Shown here: positions 23,400-34,790 of the stretch, piece by piece
Layout: every line of letters begins with the position of its first letter
How positions within the stretch are numbered: the stretch's first letter is position 1
Source: Atractiella rhizophila
Lineage: Eukaryota
NCBI GenBank assembly: GCA_021432655.1
Contig: MU271204.1
Span: forward strand, 1-47,590
Direction: 5' to 3'
Length of the DNA: 47,590 bases
Program-made: the position numbers and the translations under genes
Notes under the pieces: model-generated
Seen by the model: the letters and a program-made list of their open reading frames with translations, nothing else
Told to the model about the DNA's origin: nothing
Databases searched by the model: none

Positions 23400-26300
23400 G
23401 TCATGGCATTGGAGAAGAAATCTAACAGAGGAACAAGCTCATCCAAGATCGACCACTCATTCCTGTCAGTCAGCATTTCTCCAGCTTCAGCTTTGGCTTC
23501 CCGCAGACATTTGCGATGGGCTCCTTCAGCTGCAGAGCACGATTGACCATTGCATCTGCGCATTCCATCGGGTGGGGCAAGCACGAATGCATCAAGCGAA
23601 ATCTTGCGGTCCGCTATTTCTTTTTTTGCCTTCATTGCAATGTACTGACCACTGTCGTGTATCTACATAGACACTCCAGTGCTGCAAGTATGGTTCGATT
23701 TCACTCGATGGCTGGACCTCTCCACATGGCTTTAGCTACATTGCGGTCATATTCCACTATCATGATGGCGGGAACATGAAGCAGATCGGGCTCGGTTTCA
23801 TCAGGTCCACATATTTCGTTTCCTTTATTTTCAGTTTATTTACTTATCCTATCCATGGAATAGAATGAAGGAGTCCCATACAGGATTCAACATGGCTGCA
23901 GCAGTATTTGAGCTTTTGGTCGAGTTTGGCATCCAATCAAAGGTAACGTTATTCTATTTTCCTTTCATCCGCTGATATTACGTTTAGGTCTTTGCTGCAA
24001 TCAGTGACAATGCATCCAACAACGATACATTTGTGGATTGCCTCCAGGATTATAGTGGCATGCATGCATTCCGCGGCACTCAAACAAGGGTGCGGTGTTT
24101 CAACCACATCCTCAATCTTGTAATGAAGGTACACATTGTTCATGACCCCTTGTGTTTTGTAACATGATGTAACCATAATACCTTTCGCAGGCATTCTTCT
24201 CCCGGTTTGAAAAGCCAGTTACCAAGAAAGCAACAAATGTGCGGGCTCTGAACGTTAGAGAGCCAGATGATGGGCTCTTGCCGAGCTGGAAGAAGAGATT
24301 GAGATTGCCTTCCGAGACAAGTTGGCAAAACGAGGTAACTCTTGCCCTTGTTTGCCTTCTGCCACTTACGGTACTGGCTCATCCATAGACAAAGATGCTC
24401 AGGAGACAGATGAAGCAGTGATTCTTCAAGAAGCTGAAGAACAGCAACAAGCGAAGATCAACAAGGAGTTGAAGACAGCTCGCTTTACAATTACTAAGGT
24501 TTGTTCCACTTCTTTTCGACACATTTTGCTTGTTTACAAGAAGAAAACAGCTTACAGCTCTTGCAAGACGTGTACAAGACTCATCCGAACGTTTGGGAGC
24601 CGAGCTGTTGGAGGCGGTAAAGCGACAACAAGAACGAGACCCAGACGGCCCTCTCAAAGATGTTGATCCTGAACTGAAGCTTATTCGGCATTGTCCGACT
24701 CGATGGAATGATAAAGGTGATATGATTGAACGAGCTCTACTCTTGGAGCCAGGCATCACTCAGCTAACAGCAGTTCCGTTAAATGGTTTGGAAAAATGTC
24801 GGCTGACTGCGGCGGAATGGACAATCCTTAAAGAGATGAAACCGACCTTGAACGTAGGTTTCTCTCTTATTCCCACAGCTGTTCTCATTGATTCGTTCCG
24901 TAGTTGGCAAAGACCATCACTCTTCAACAGTCGAAGGCTAACGTCTCCCATTTAGGAGAAATCATCGTCCTTTTCAATAACCTTGGCCAACATCTTTCGA
25001 CTTTGTACGAGCCAAAAGCAGATGGCACCAGACCAAAGGTACACAAGTCGATTCAAGCCGGTGCAGAGTTGGCACACAAAGTGCTAGATAAGTACTACAC
25101 GAAATGCGCAGACAAATCAGACATTTATCCTTGGGCTATAGGTAAAACTTTCATTCTAAGTCTTCTCGCTCCCTTTACTAGAATGCTGAGTGTATTGATG
25201 TCAGGTGTTCACCCTCAGCGACGAATTGAGTATCTGCGTTGCCTTGGATGGGATGAAGAAGTGGATATCAAGCCTCCGATGGACAGGTTGGCCAAATTCT
25301 GGGAAGAGTTCTACAAACCAAAGAATATATGCACCGTGACCCCAATGGGGATTGAGCTTGCACTCCAGCGAGTTCGTCCACTTTTCTAATCGACTGCCAT
25401 TTTCTCATTGGCTCTTGTTTTGTCAATGAAGGCCAACTTATCTCTTGCGGAGTATGATCCACAATTAATGGCCAGCTTTCAAAATCCTCGGAGAGCAGAT
25501 GATGAGGCTAACCGTGTGAAGGAGTTTGTTGAAGCACCGGCAGATTCTATGTGGGTTTGTGAGAAGAAGGAGGATGTCGAGGTCGTAAACTTAGTGCAAA
25601 TTGACCCACTTCAGTACCATTATAACAAGTGGGACGCATGCTCAGAACCGGTCCTGAAAAGCTTCCATCAAATGTGCATGGACATATCTGCTGTCCCATG
25701 TAATCATCAGGTCCACATATTTCGTTTCCTTTATTTTCAGTTTATTTACTTATCCTATCCATGGAATAGAATGAAGGAGTCCCATACAGGATTCAACATG
25801 GCTGCAGCAGTATTTGAGCTTTTGGTCGAGTTTGGCATCCAATCAAAGGTAACGTTATTCTATTTTCCTTTCATCCGCTGATATTACGTTTAGGTCTTTG
25901 CTGCAATCAGTGACAATGCATCCAACAACGATACATTTGTGGATTGCCTCCAGGATTATAGTGGCATGCATGCATTCCGCGGCACTCAAACAAGGGTGCG
26001 GTGTTTCAACCACATCCTCAATCTTGTAATGAAGGTACACATTGTTCATGACCCCTTGTGTTTTGTAACATGATGTAACCATAATACCTTTCGCAGGCAT
26101 TCTTCTCCCGGTTTGAAAAGCCAGTTACCAAGAAAGCAACAAATGTGCGGGCTCTGAACGTTAGAGAGCCAGATGATGGGCTCTTGCCGAGCTGGAAGAA
26201 GAGATTGAGATTGCCTTCCGAGACAAGTTGGCAAAACGAGGTAACTCTTGCCCTTGTTTGCCTTCTGCCACTTACGGTACTGGCTCATCCATAGACAAAG

Positions 26301-28119
26301 ATGCTCAGGAGACAGATGAAGCAGTGATTCTTCAAGAAGCTGAAGAACAGCAACAAGCGAAGATCAACAAGGAGTTGAAGACAGCTCGCTTTACAATTAC
26401 TAAGGTTTGTTCCACTTCTTTTCGACACATTTTGCTTGTTTACAAGAAGAAAACAGCTTACAGCTCTTGCAAGACGTGTACAAGACTCATCCGAACGTTT
26501 GGGAGCCGAGCTGTTGGAGGCGGTAAAGCGACAACAAGAACGAGACCCAGACGGCCCTCTCAAAGATGTTGATCCTGAACTGAAGCTTATTCGGCATTGT
26601 CCGACTCGATGGAATGATAAAGGTGATATGATTGAACGAGCTCTACTCTTGGAGCCAGGCATCACTCAGCTAACAGCAGTTCCGTTAAATGGTTTGGAAA
26701 AATGTCGGCTGACTGCGGCGGAATGGACAATCCTTAAAGAGATGAAACCAACCTTGAATGTAGGTTTCTCTCTTGTTCCCACAGCTGTTCTCATTGATTC
26801 GTTCCGTAGTTGGCAAAGACCATCACTCTTCAACAGTCGAAGGCTAACCTCTCACATTTAGGAGAAATCATCGTCCTTTTCAATAACCTTGGCCAACATC
26901 TTTCGACTTTGTACGAGCCAAAAGCAGATGGCACCAGACCAAAGGTACACAAGTCGATTCAAGCCGGTGCAGAGTTGGCACACAAAGTGCTAGATAAGTA
27001 CTACACGAAATGTGCAGACAAATCAGACATTTATCCTTGGGCTATAGGTAAAACTTTCATTCTAAGTCTTGTCGCTCCCTTTCTAGAATGCTGAGTGTAT
27101 TGATGTCAGGTGTTCACCCTCAGCGACGAATTGAGTATCTGCGTTGCCTTGGATGGGATGAAGAAGTGGATATCAAGCCTCCGATGGACAGGTTGGCCAA
27201 ATTCTGGGAAGAGTTCTACAAACCAAAGAATATATGCACCGTGACCCCAATGGGGATTGAGCTTGCACTCCAGCGAGTTCGTCCACTTTTCTAATCGACT
27301 GCCATTTTCTCATTGGCTCTTGTTTTGTCAATGAAGGCCAACTTATCTCTTGCGGAGTATGATCCACAATTAATGGCCAGCTTTCAAAATCCTCGGAGAG
27401 CAGATGATGAGGCTAACCGTGTGAAGGAGTTTGTTGAAGCACCGGCAGATTCTATGTGGGTTTGTGAGAAGAAGGAGGATGTCGAGGTCGTAAACTTAGT
27501 GCAAATTGACCCACTTCAGTACCATTATAACAAGTGGGACGCATGCTCAGAACCGGTCCTGAAAAGCTTCCATCAAATGTGCATGGACATATCTGCTGTC
27601 CCATGTACGTGATTCAGCCAATTGTCCTTCCTTCTAACATATCTCTTAGCAACCTCCACCGATGTTGAACGCGAGTTCTCAGATGGACGCCAGATTGCAT
27701 CTTATTTGCAGCGCTCCATGTCAGATGTGACCTTTCGCTCTCAAATGATGCTCCGTCTTTGGGATGAAGCTAAAGTGCTCCCGCCACTTAAGGAAATGGT
27801 TCAAATGTTAAAGGAGGAGAGGGTGGATAGGTTGGAGCAGAATCGGGAAAAGAGACAACAGAGGGACGGCAATTGAAGACGTAACTAATCGTCAATCTCA
27901 TGTCTGATGCTGATTATTTTGCGTACAATTATTATCCATTATCTCATTGGTCTGATCCCTCGGGGTACCCGAGAGCTGTTTCCCCACGGGGTCCCCTTCC
28001 CCTTCCCCGTCACGGGGTGCGCCTACGGGGGGAGGGAAGGGGATGGGTTGACTTTTTAAACCTCAAACCCCGCATGGGTTTCCCCGTACGGGCCACGGGC
28101 ACCCCGTATGGGAGCCTTA
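23400..28119 (+). mobile_element. 5'-truncated hAT transposon (hAT-2) with an internal 1.9-kb tandem duplication
   Basis: D1 FSLDGWTSP, D2 ISDNASNND, RVRCFNHILNL, HCPTRWND and TSTDVEREFS, with the stop at 27876. The 3' subterminal CCCCGT/ACGGGG repeats end in ...CCCCGTATGGGAGCCTTA at 28119. No matching 5' TIR found. Confidence 0.9.
23798..27607 (+). repeat. tandem duplication, 2 x about 1905 bp
   Basis: 23798-25702 is repeated at 25704-27607 with one extra A at the junction. The ORF track repeats at offsets of 1906/1905. 7 substitutions and 1 indel seen. Confidence 0.97.
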
Positions 28120-28264
28120 GTGGCAAAGCATCCTGATGGGATACCGATACGATTTAGCCAGCGCTAGGGATCACACAGTATTCCAAATCTCTATTGTGCC
28201 GCAATATCCTCCTGTCGGGCAGCTCAATTTCTTACACTCAGCGAAGATCACCCTGCTCTCTGTC

Positions 28265-28573
28265 ATGTCGAGGTCATCCTCTGCTGTGGATAACCTGCAA
28301 ACTTCCCTATCCAAAGACGACCCCTTCAGGAAGGATAATGCGATCCTTAGGGAAAGAGTGAGCAGTCTCGAGGATGACGTCGTCACGCTCAAGGAGAAGA
28401 CTTCTCAGCTCACAGCTGAAGTAGTCACGCTCAAGGAGAAGAATTCTCAGCTCACGGCTGTAGTCGTCACGCTCACGGGTAGAATGGAGAACCTGGAGCG
28501 CCAATTGCAGCTAGTCTTTCAAAGGACCAGTGGCGGTTCGGGTAGTCAGAATACGCTGATCCTGCTAGTCTAG
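28265..28573 (+). CDS. small coiled-coil protein or exon with a 14-aa repeat
   Basis: ORF with VVTLKEKTSQLTAE/VVTLKEKNSQLTAV, encoded by a 42-bp tandem unit at 28379-28475. Heptad Leu/Val pattern. Confidence 0.45.
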   Translation: MSRSSSAVDNLQTSLSKDDPFRKDNAILRERVSSLEDDVVTLKEKTSQLTAEVVTLKEKNSQLTAVVVTLTGRMENLERQLQLVFQRTSGGSGSQNTLILLV

Positions 28574-29029
28574 GGTATGCACCGATCCCCTGCTGAAAAT
28601 AATCTAATCTCCAACCCATGCTCCTTGTTGATAGGGTCCAAAGTCTGTTGTTAGGTGTGGGTGCGAGATAACGGTTTTCTCCCGGCTAGAGTGTTGGGCT
28701 CATAACCTATTGAGACTAGGATTCTTCCTATCATACTGGGAAGCGTGAAGGGAAAAATCCTTGTGAGGGGGGTATATGTGTATTTTACATTGCGGGGCAC
28801 TCATGTGACCATAGTTGTCACAGTTTGTCGCTTACCCCCCAACACAAACATAAATCAAACCTACAACTCCAAATAGGCTAAAAATGGGTGATCTGAGGGC
28901 GATTCCGACAATCCCCCCTTATTTTCTGAATCTGAAAGGTACTGAAATGTTCAAAGACAGGGTCAATCACTGTCGCTCTCTTACTGACCATGGAGAGCTT
29001 CTGGGAGATTTAAGAGTTTGTACTCACAA

Positions 29030-32000
29030 CAGTGTATTATGGTTTGGGTCGAAAGTATAAAATGTGCATCATGTCCGGGTGTGGTGTAAAGTGTTTACGT
29101 GGAAGGAAGCCAAATGAGACGTGTCCATAGTTTTCACAGGGGAGACATACCAATGTACACCTCGCCAAAGCACCATTGAACATGCTCTGGTGCTTCTCTA
29201 GCTGAACTAGTGGATTATCCATCGGAGAAGGCATCAAGTGTTGAACTTGGGTACAAAGGGTTAATCTACACTGTTGGTAAAATGACTAGTCAATTTAATT
29301 TAAGGGTTAATCCAACATCAAGGGTGTTTAAAAGACTGTCTGCAATGGAGTGTACGACATTAACTCTTGTCGGGTTGTCAGCAACCGCCTTGAGTATGGC
29401 ATGAACAACGTATTACCAAAAAAGGTGGTGGTTTGGGAGTGGGATTTTGTGGTGGAAGTCATTGATGGGACCTTTAGCAATCTCTTGAAGGTTTTGGAGC
29501 AGTTCCCAATGAGAGAATGGGATACTGGATGGGGCTAGAGGATAGGAGTTGATGGTCAAAGATGATGATTGCTTAAACCGCCCCCTAGGGAGTAAAACTT
29601 CCAAGTAAGTAAACACAACGGAGGTGGTTGCCCACACAAACACAACACTGAAATATCACACTTAATCCAACACTCCCACCTGGGCAGCTGCCTCCTAAAG
29701 CTCCTACTGAATCCAATAACCATCTAAATATTCGTCCAATGAAGCTCCCACCGAATGAAGGCAGCATGGAATGGCATGACACCAAGAAAACACATTAATT
29801 GACCGTCTAAAACCAGCACAGAGATCCTCATACCATGGATCTGGGATCATAGGCCAGATAAGCTGAAGATCTTGTGCAAAGGAATCCCCAGGCTCCTTGC
29901 AGTCTCTTCAAAAAGCACCATGTCCTCTAATCACACTGGGCATGATTGCTTGCCTTGTCAATAACCTCAGCCTCAACTCCTATTTCGATACTTGGGTCTT
30001 AGCATTATTGATCTCTGACCAATTCCCAATCAGCTGACTGATAGTTGTACTGGGGACGTGGATCGAACGCTGGAGGGATAAGTGACAGATTTGTGAGTAA
30101 CCTGTAGTGGTCAGATTTGTGGGTGTCTCCCCCTCAGTCAGTCATACAGTATGAGATGAACTCATCCGCAAAATCGTTTGTAAAGATTAGATTGATAGTT
30201 GTCTCGTATCCCAGGGCACTGATGTAGGTAGGTGAGTGTAAGTCCTGGTTCTTGGAAGACCTCTAGGAGAATGGCTGCATTGCCATCGGTTTCGTATACC
30301 CTGGTGGGTTCCACTCAGTGTGGTGTAGATTAAAATCACCTCCAACGTATATCAGGTCTTCCATTCTCAAAAGACCATTTGCACACAACTCCTCTATGAA
30401 TGTGGCAACATTGTGAATTGCTTGGGATTTGCTCCCAGCATTATAAACATTGATCACTAGAAGGCGCTCCCCTCCTGGAAACAAGAAGGTAGTAGTAGAA
30501 ATGTCCTTGTAAGGATTGGATAATTCAACGCAGGATTCACCGGAGAAGGAGTTATGGTTGATGAGAATGATGGATCTAGAAATTTCCGCTCTGGTATCAG
30601 ATGTCATCACTTTCTTTGAGATGACATGTTTAAAGCCAGGATAAATAATAAGTTTGCTACTATCAGGCAATACAGTAGGAGGGTCTTGAATTAAGATAAT
30701 ATCGGCAAGTCTGTCATCAAAGTTCATGAAAGAGTGGGATATTGTTCCTCTTTTATGATGGTGCTGCTGGATGATGGAAATATGTTTCTTAGATTGTAAA
30801 GTACTGATTTGAGTAAAGGGGTTAGAAGGAGGTTCAAAAAGATTATCAAGACTGGAGACACTGGCTTTGTGTGACCATGAGAAGGGTACATAATTCATTC
30901 TTGGGTAAAGTTTCTGTTGCTTTCTGGCGACGATTCCATTTCGTGTTGGGCATTGGTCTGCCCCTCAGTTCCCTTGACTGCTTCAATGTCTGTGATGTTC
31001 TCTTTGTGTTGGGCTATCGGTTGAGTACCAACAACCACATCATCTCTCTCAAAGTACTCTCCAGATTCTAGCTCTATTCTCCTGGCCCTTGCCTGTCACC
31101 AGTCTTTTTGATGTACTTGTCACCACCATATGCGCTATGCACTCCATGTCCTTTCTCCCCACAATATGCACAACAGAGGTTAACCATGATGTGTTCATAA
31201 GGAGCGCCTGGTGCATCTTCACTGCACTGTGGAGGGTTGATTCCTTCTTTCCTAAAGCAAGTAAGGTTCTTTGAGCAATGTTTTGTGTTGTGGTCCTCTG
31301 GACAGGCACCGCAGACTGGTTTACCTTTCCTATGACAATTCTTCCCAAAATGTCCTCGGTAGTGCCCTAATGGACTTTTTGGCTTGTAAGCATCTGCCAT
31401 TGAAGTAAACACCTCGTTTGATAGCGTGATGTGCTACTTTGCCACATTTGAAGAAGATCAGCAGGGACGGGAAACTTTTGGAGCGCTGGACACTCAACAT
31501 AAGATCTTCTTCGACACCCATTCTAATTTAACAATGTCATCCTCTGTCCATTTGTTGCGGTCAAGGAGTTTGGCCGTGACCTGGTCCATTCCCCTAATGT
31601 TCCAATTGGTCGCAATTTTATGAATCACCACAATGTCCGCCGGAATACTGATGGTGTAGTCCTTTAGGTCATCGCATGACCGACGCCATTGCCTGATAGT
31701 CTCTGATGCCCTTGAGCAGGTGACATCGTCATCAAACCACAGGGCTATTCCTCCTCCAGGTAATCTGTCGACAGCTGAGCTGAGACAAATGTAACTTCCT
31801 AGGAGTCGAGGTATTGTCCTGTGATTGGTCTTTGAATATCATGCTCGTAGCAAAGGCATTATTGACTTGGGATAGCAAGTCAGTGTCGGATTTATAGTCT
31901 AAAGGGCTTGTAGAGCCCTCCGGGGGGAAGAGTGTCAGTTTCCTGGCACTGTTCCTCCTCTGATGGGCCTTTTTGAGGGCCGCCTTGGAGCGGGGATGTT

Positions 32001-32990
32001 GAACATTGCTAGGAGAGAGGGAGGAGGGGAGAGCATTGAGAGGAGGGAAATCCTTTGCATTCGGAACCCATATGGGTTGAATGTTGTCCTCCTGGACGTG
32101 GATTCCATCTGCAAGTTTACATTCAATCCTTTCGATTTTGTCAAGGATAGTCCGATAAACCTGTTTTTGACAATCTGATTGAGAGAAATACGACACATTT
32201 CACTAAGTGGATCTTTGTTAAGCAGTGAGACACAGGCTCTCAGTAAGGTTTCAATGTTATCAACAATTGATTGATCAGTTTTGAATTTGCCATTTGTGTT
32301 CCTGGTTAGTTTGTTGATGCAACACATGGCTATGAATTATTGGTACGTAAATTCGAGAAGTTCAACCAGATTGCTTTGCACTTCCTCTGAAATGCCTAAA
32401 ATGTCTTTGACTCAGCTGAAGTTTGGTGTGCAGTGAAGATGTATGGAAGTGGAAGAAACGGGCTCCCCAGCCGACTTGCCAAAAAGGTGCGCACCAATGA
32501 TTCTTCCTACTCCGACACTTTCATCTATAGCCCTCTAGCTGCTTTAAGTATCCCCCCTCCTATTTTAATGTTGTTCGGTAGCTATCGGGAGGAGAGGAGA
32601 GCGTAGGTAGATGTTGAAGCAAAGTCTACCTTTGTACCCCTCCAATCCCTGGCCTAGCGTGGGCCTTACCGCCCTCCTGTGAGGACTTTGGGCCTTTCTG
32701 GGGCGTGGGAGTGGTCGGAAGGGCGTTGAGGGGTCAGTTTGTGTGGATCTTCTGTTTGTTGTTAGTGATGTTGTTAGTGATGCGTCGTCGTTGGTGCTCC
32801 CATGCTTTGTCATGTTAAGGCTGAGTGGGACCTCGTCCCTCAGGGAGAAGTCACCTGACTCAGTCATGAAAACAATTTTTTTTCATGTTTCAAATGGTCT
32901 TTGAATACTCAGAATTCTGAAAGGGTTGTTGTGGGGGTGATATGAGCGCTCAAAAGTACATGCATGAGTCATGCTAAAAACCCGTTGTGC
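29030..32990 (-). mobile_element. degenerate LINE (Tad1/I-like): ORF1, APE endonuclease and linker; RT core absent
   Basis: ORF1 Cys/His knuckles (CGACPEDHNTKHC, CAYCGEKGHGVH) at 31074-31412. APE motifs DIILIQDP, INVYN, GGDFNLHHTEW, TINLIF and SDH at about 30100-30800. Many stops and frameshifts; CpG-poor. Confidence 0.85.
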
Positions 32991-33019
32991 TTTATATATA
33001 AGGATTTTAATAGTTTCCT

Positions 33020-33510
33020 CCGATGCACTATTCCTGTTGGAACTACAACTATTCCACAGTCGCTAGAGATGAAATACCTGGGAGTGCTCCTCGACTCCAG
33101 GTTAAATTTCAACTCTCATTTAAAAGCAATTGAAAAGAAGGCTAAAGCCTTGCTCTCCCTCCTGGCACCCTTCTCCAACACAACGAAGGGAATCCCCCTA
33201 CGACTGTATCGGCGCCCCTACGAGGCTGCAGTATGTGTGATGACCGACAGCAACGCAGTGGTATGGCACCGCTTAGGGAAGAAGACAGGCAGAGCCACGT
33301 GCCTGGAAATCCCTCAATGCTATGTCCAATGACTAATACTTGGGGCCCTCCACACGACCCCCATTTCTGCCCTCTCCTACAACTCCAACCTCATGCCAGT
33401 AGTCGCCTGCCTGGACAGGGTAGTTGTTAGGGCCACAGTCAGATTACTCTCTCTTTCAAACTCCAACCCAGCAGGTCTCATAGCCTGGAAAACTCTGGCC
33501 CTGCCGTCTT
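33020..33510 (+). mobile_element. LINE RT C-terminal fragment
   Basis: MKYLGVLLDSRLNFNSHL..IEKKA...GIPLRLYRRPYEAAV...VW matches RT domain 7/thumb of non-LTR elements. Confidence 0.88.
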
Positions 33511-33529
33511 TTTCAGATGTTTTTGATGA

Positions 33530-33935
33530 GAGGGAATTTGAGAAACTATCCAAACAGTAAAGGGAACTGTCTATGAAAATTTCAAGGCTACGTGTGTGCT
33601 CTTACACTGTTAAAAAGTAGGGTTATTGTCTTAATGAAGCCAGCACTGTTAAGAATGGCTTTACGGTGCAATCTCTATTTGTCTACCCTGCTATTCGCCA
33701 GCGGGCGAGAAGATTATGGGACAGCCATTATGAGCAGCTTTGTAAACACCTTCTACAGACAAAATATGTTGTAGACAAATCAACGAAACTATCAGCCTCT
33801 ATCTCCTCCAAATTGAAGATCTCTTCCAGGCTCATGGTAAATCCCTAAGTGACATTAGACTACCACAACCCACAGAGTGACTAGAAAGGTGGGAGGTGAG
33901 ACAAGGATTGTTGGAGAAGAACTTACATATGATCA
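33530..33935 (+). mobile_element. Helitron fragment (region between Rep and helicase), degenerate
   Basis: Read across frameshifts: FEKL.TVKGTVYENFKATC.AL.LL...CLNEAS...VQSLF, LWDSHYEQLC and LLQIEDLFQAHGKSLSDIRLPQP. This matches the Helitron SFEDLRTV.G..F..AC.ALGLL / LW / GKSL.D..LP.P pattern. Confidence 0.8.
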
Positions 33936-34035
33936 ATTAGAAGATACCGAAAGAGAGCTTAAGGAAGAATTGGGCAAGTAATTCAATAATATTGTTGAAG
34001 ATTCCCGCTATCATGCATACAAACTGCATAAGAGC

Positions 34036-34455
34036 ATGAACATGGAACTAGACATGTACTTCGGCGAAGCTGAAACTGCTCATAAAGAAGTCAAGGCAAA
34101 AATTGATTTCATAAATTCCAATCTGTCAGAGAAAATACAACAGTGCAGGGAAAGAATAAATGCCGTGTGCAGCAAACAAATGGCTTCCCTACAACAACAA
34201 GTTGAGGACTTAAAAGGCCAACTTGCTGCAACTCGCTTGGAGCTGTTAGGCAACAAACAACTCAAAAGAGGAAGTGCTTACGGACAAGTACCTGATGGTG
34301 TAGACGACAAAAACAAAGCTAATGCTTCGAGTGCTAAACCATTAGGAACTACTCACTTGCACGCTAAACAAAACATACCTTCCTTCTCTCGAAGAAAGAC
34401 AAAAGCTCAACGTACGGTTTCCTCTCCATACAAATCAAAGCCGGACAGCCTCTGA
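34036..34455 (+). CDS. hypothetical coiled-coil ORF, probably a gene fragment
   Basis: 139-aa ORF with the heptad-like LQQQVEDLKGQLAATRLEL, wedged between transposon fragments. Confidence 0.3.
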   Translation: MNMELDMYFGEAETAHKEVKAKIDFINSNLSEKIQQCRERINAVCSKQMASLQQQVEDLKGQLAATRLELLGNKQLKRGSAYGQVPDGVDDKNKANASSAKPLGTTHLHAKQNIPSFSRRKTKAQRTVSSPYKSKPDSL

Positions 34456-34790
34456 AGTAAACGTGGCATTTGATTCTAAGCATTGGCCCAAGACATCGAC
34501 GTTCCCAACTTATAATGGACTCTCTACGTCAGATCATAGAGATTTTCTGAGGATTTGTCTTTGAGTAATATCAGGGTTAAGAGACCGTGATAAACGAACA
34601 TATTCGTTAATCCATCGGGAAGGATCCTGGAAACTTGTCATAGGTAGCGCATGCGCGATGGAAGCAGTGGAGATTTATTGGAAGCTCCAAGAAGAGGCCG
34701 AGAGAACCAAGGACCCCACAGTGCGCCATTTCCTATAGAGAACTTGCTTCACGGTATTCCTATCCAAATGGAAATGGAGGTTTTACCTTC

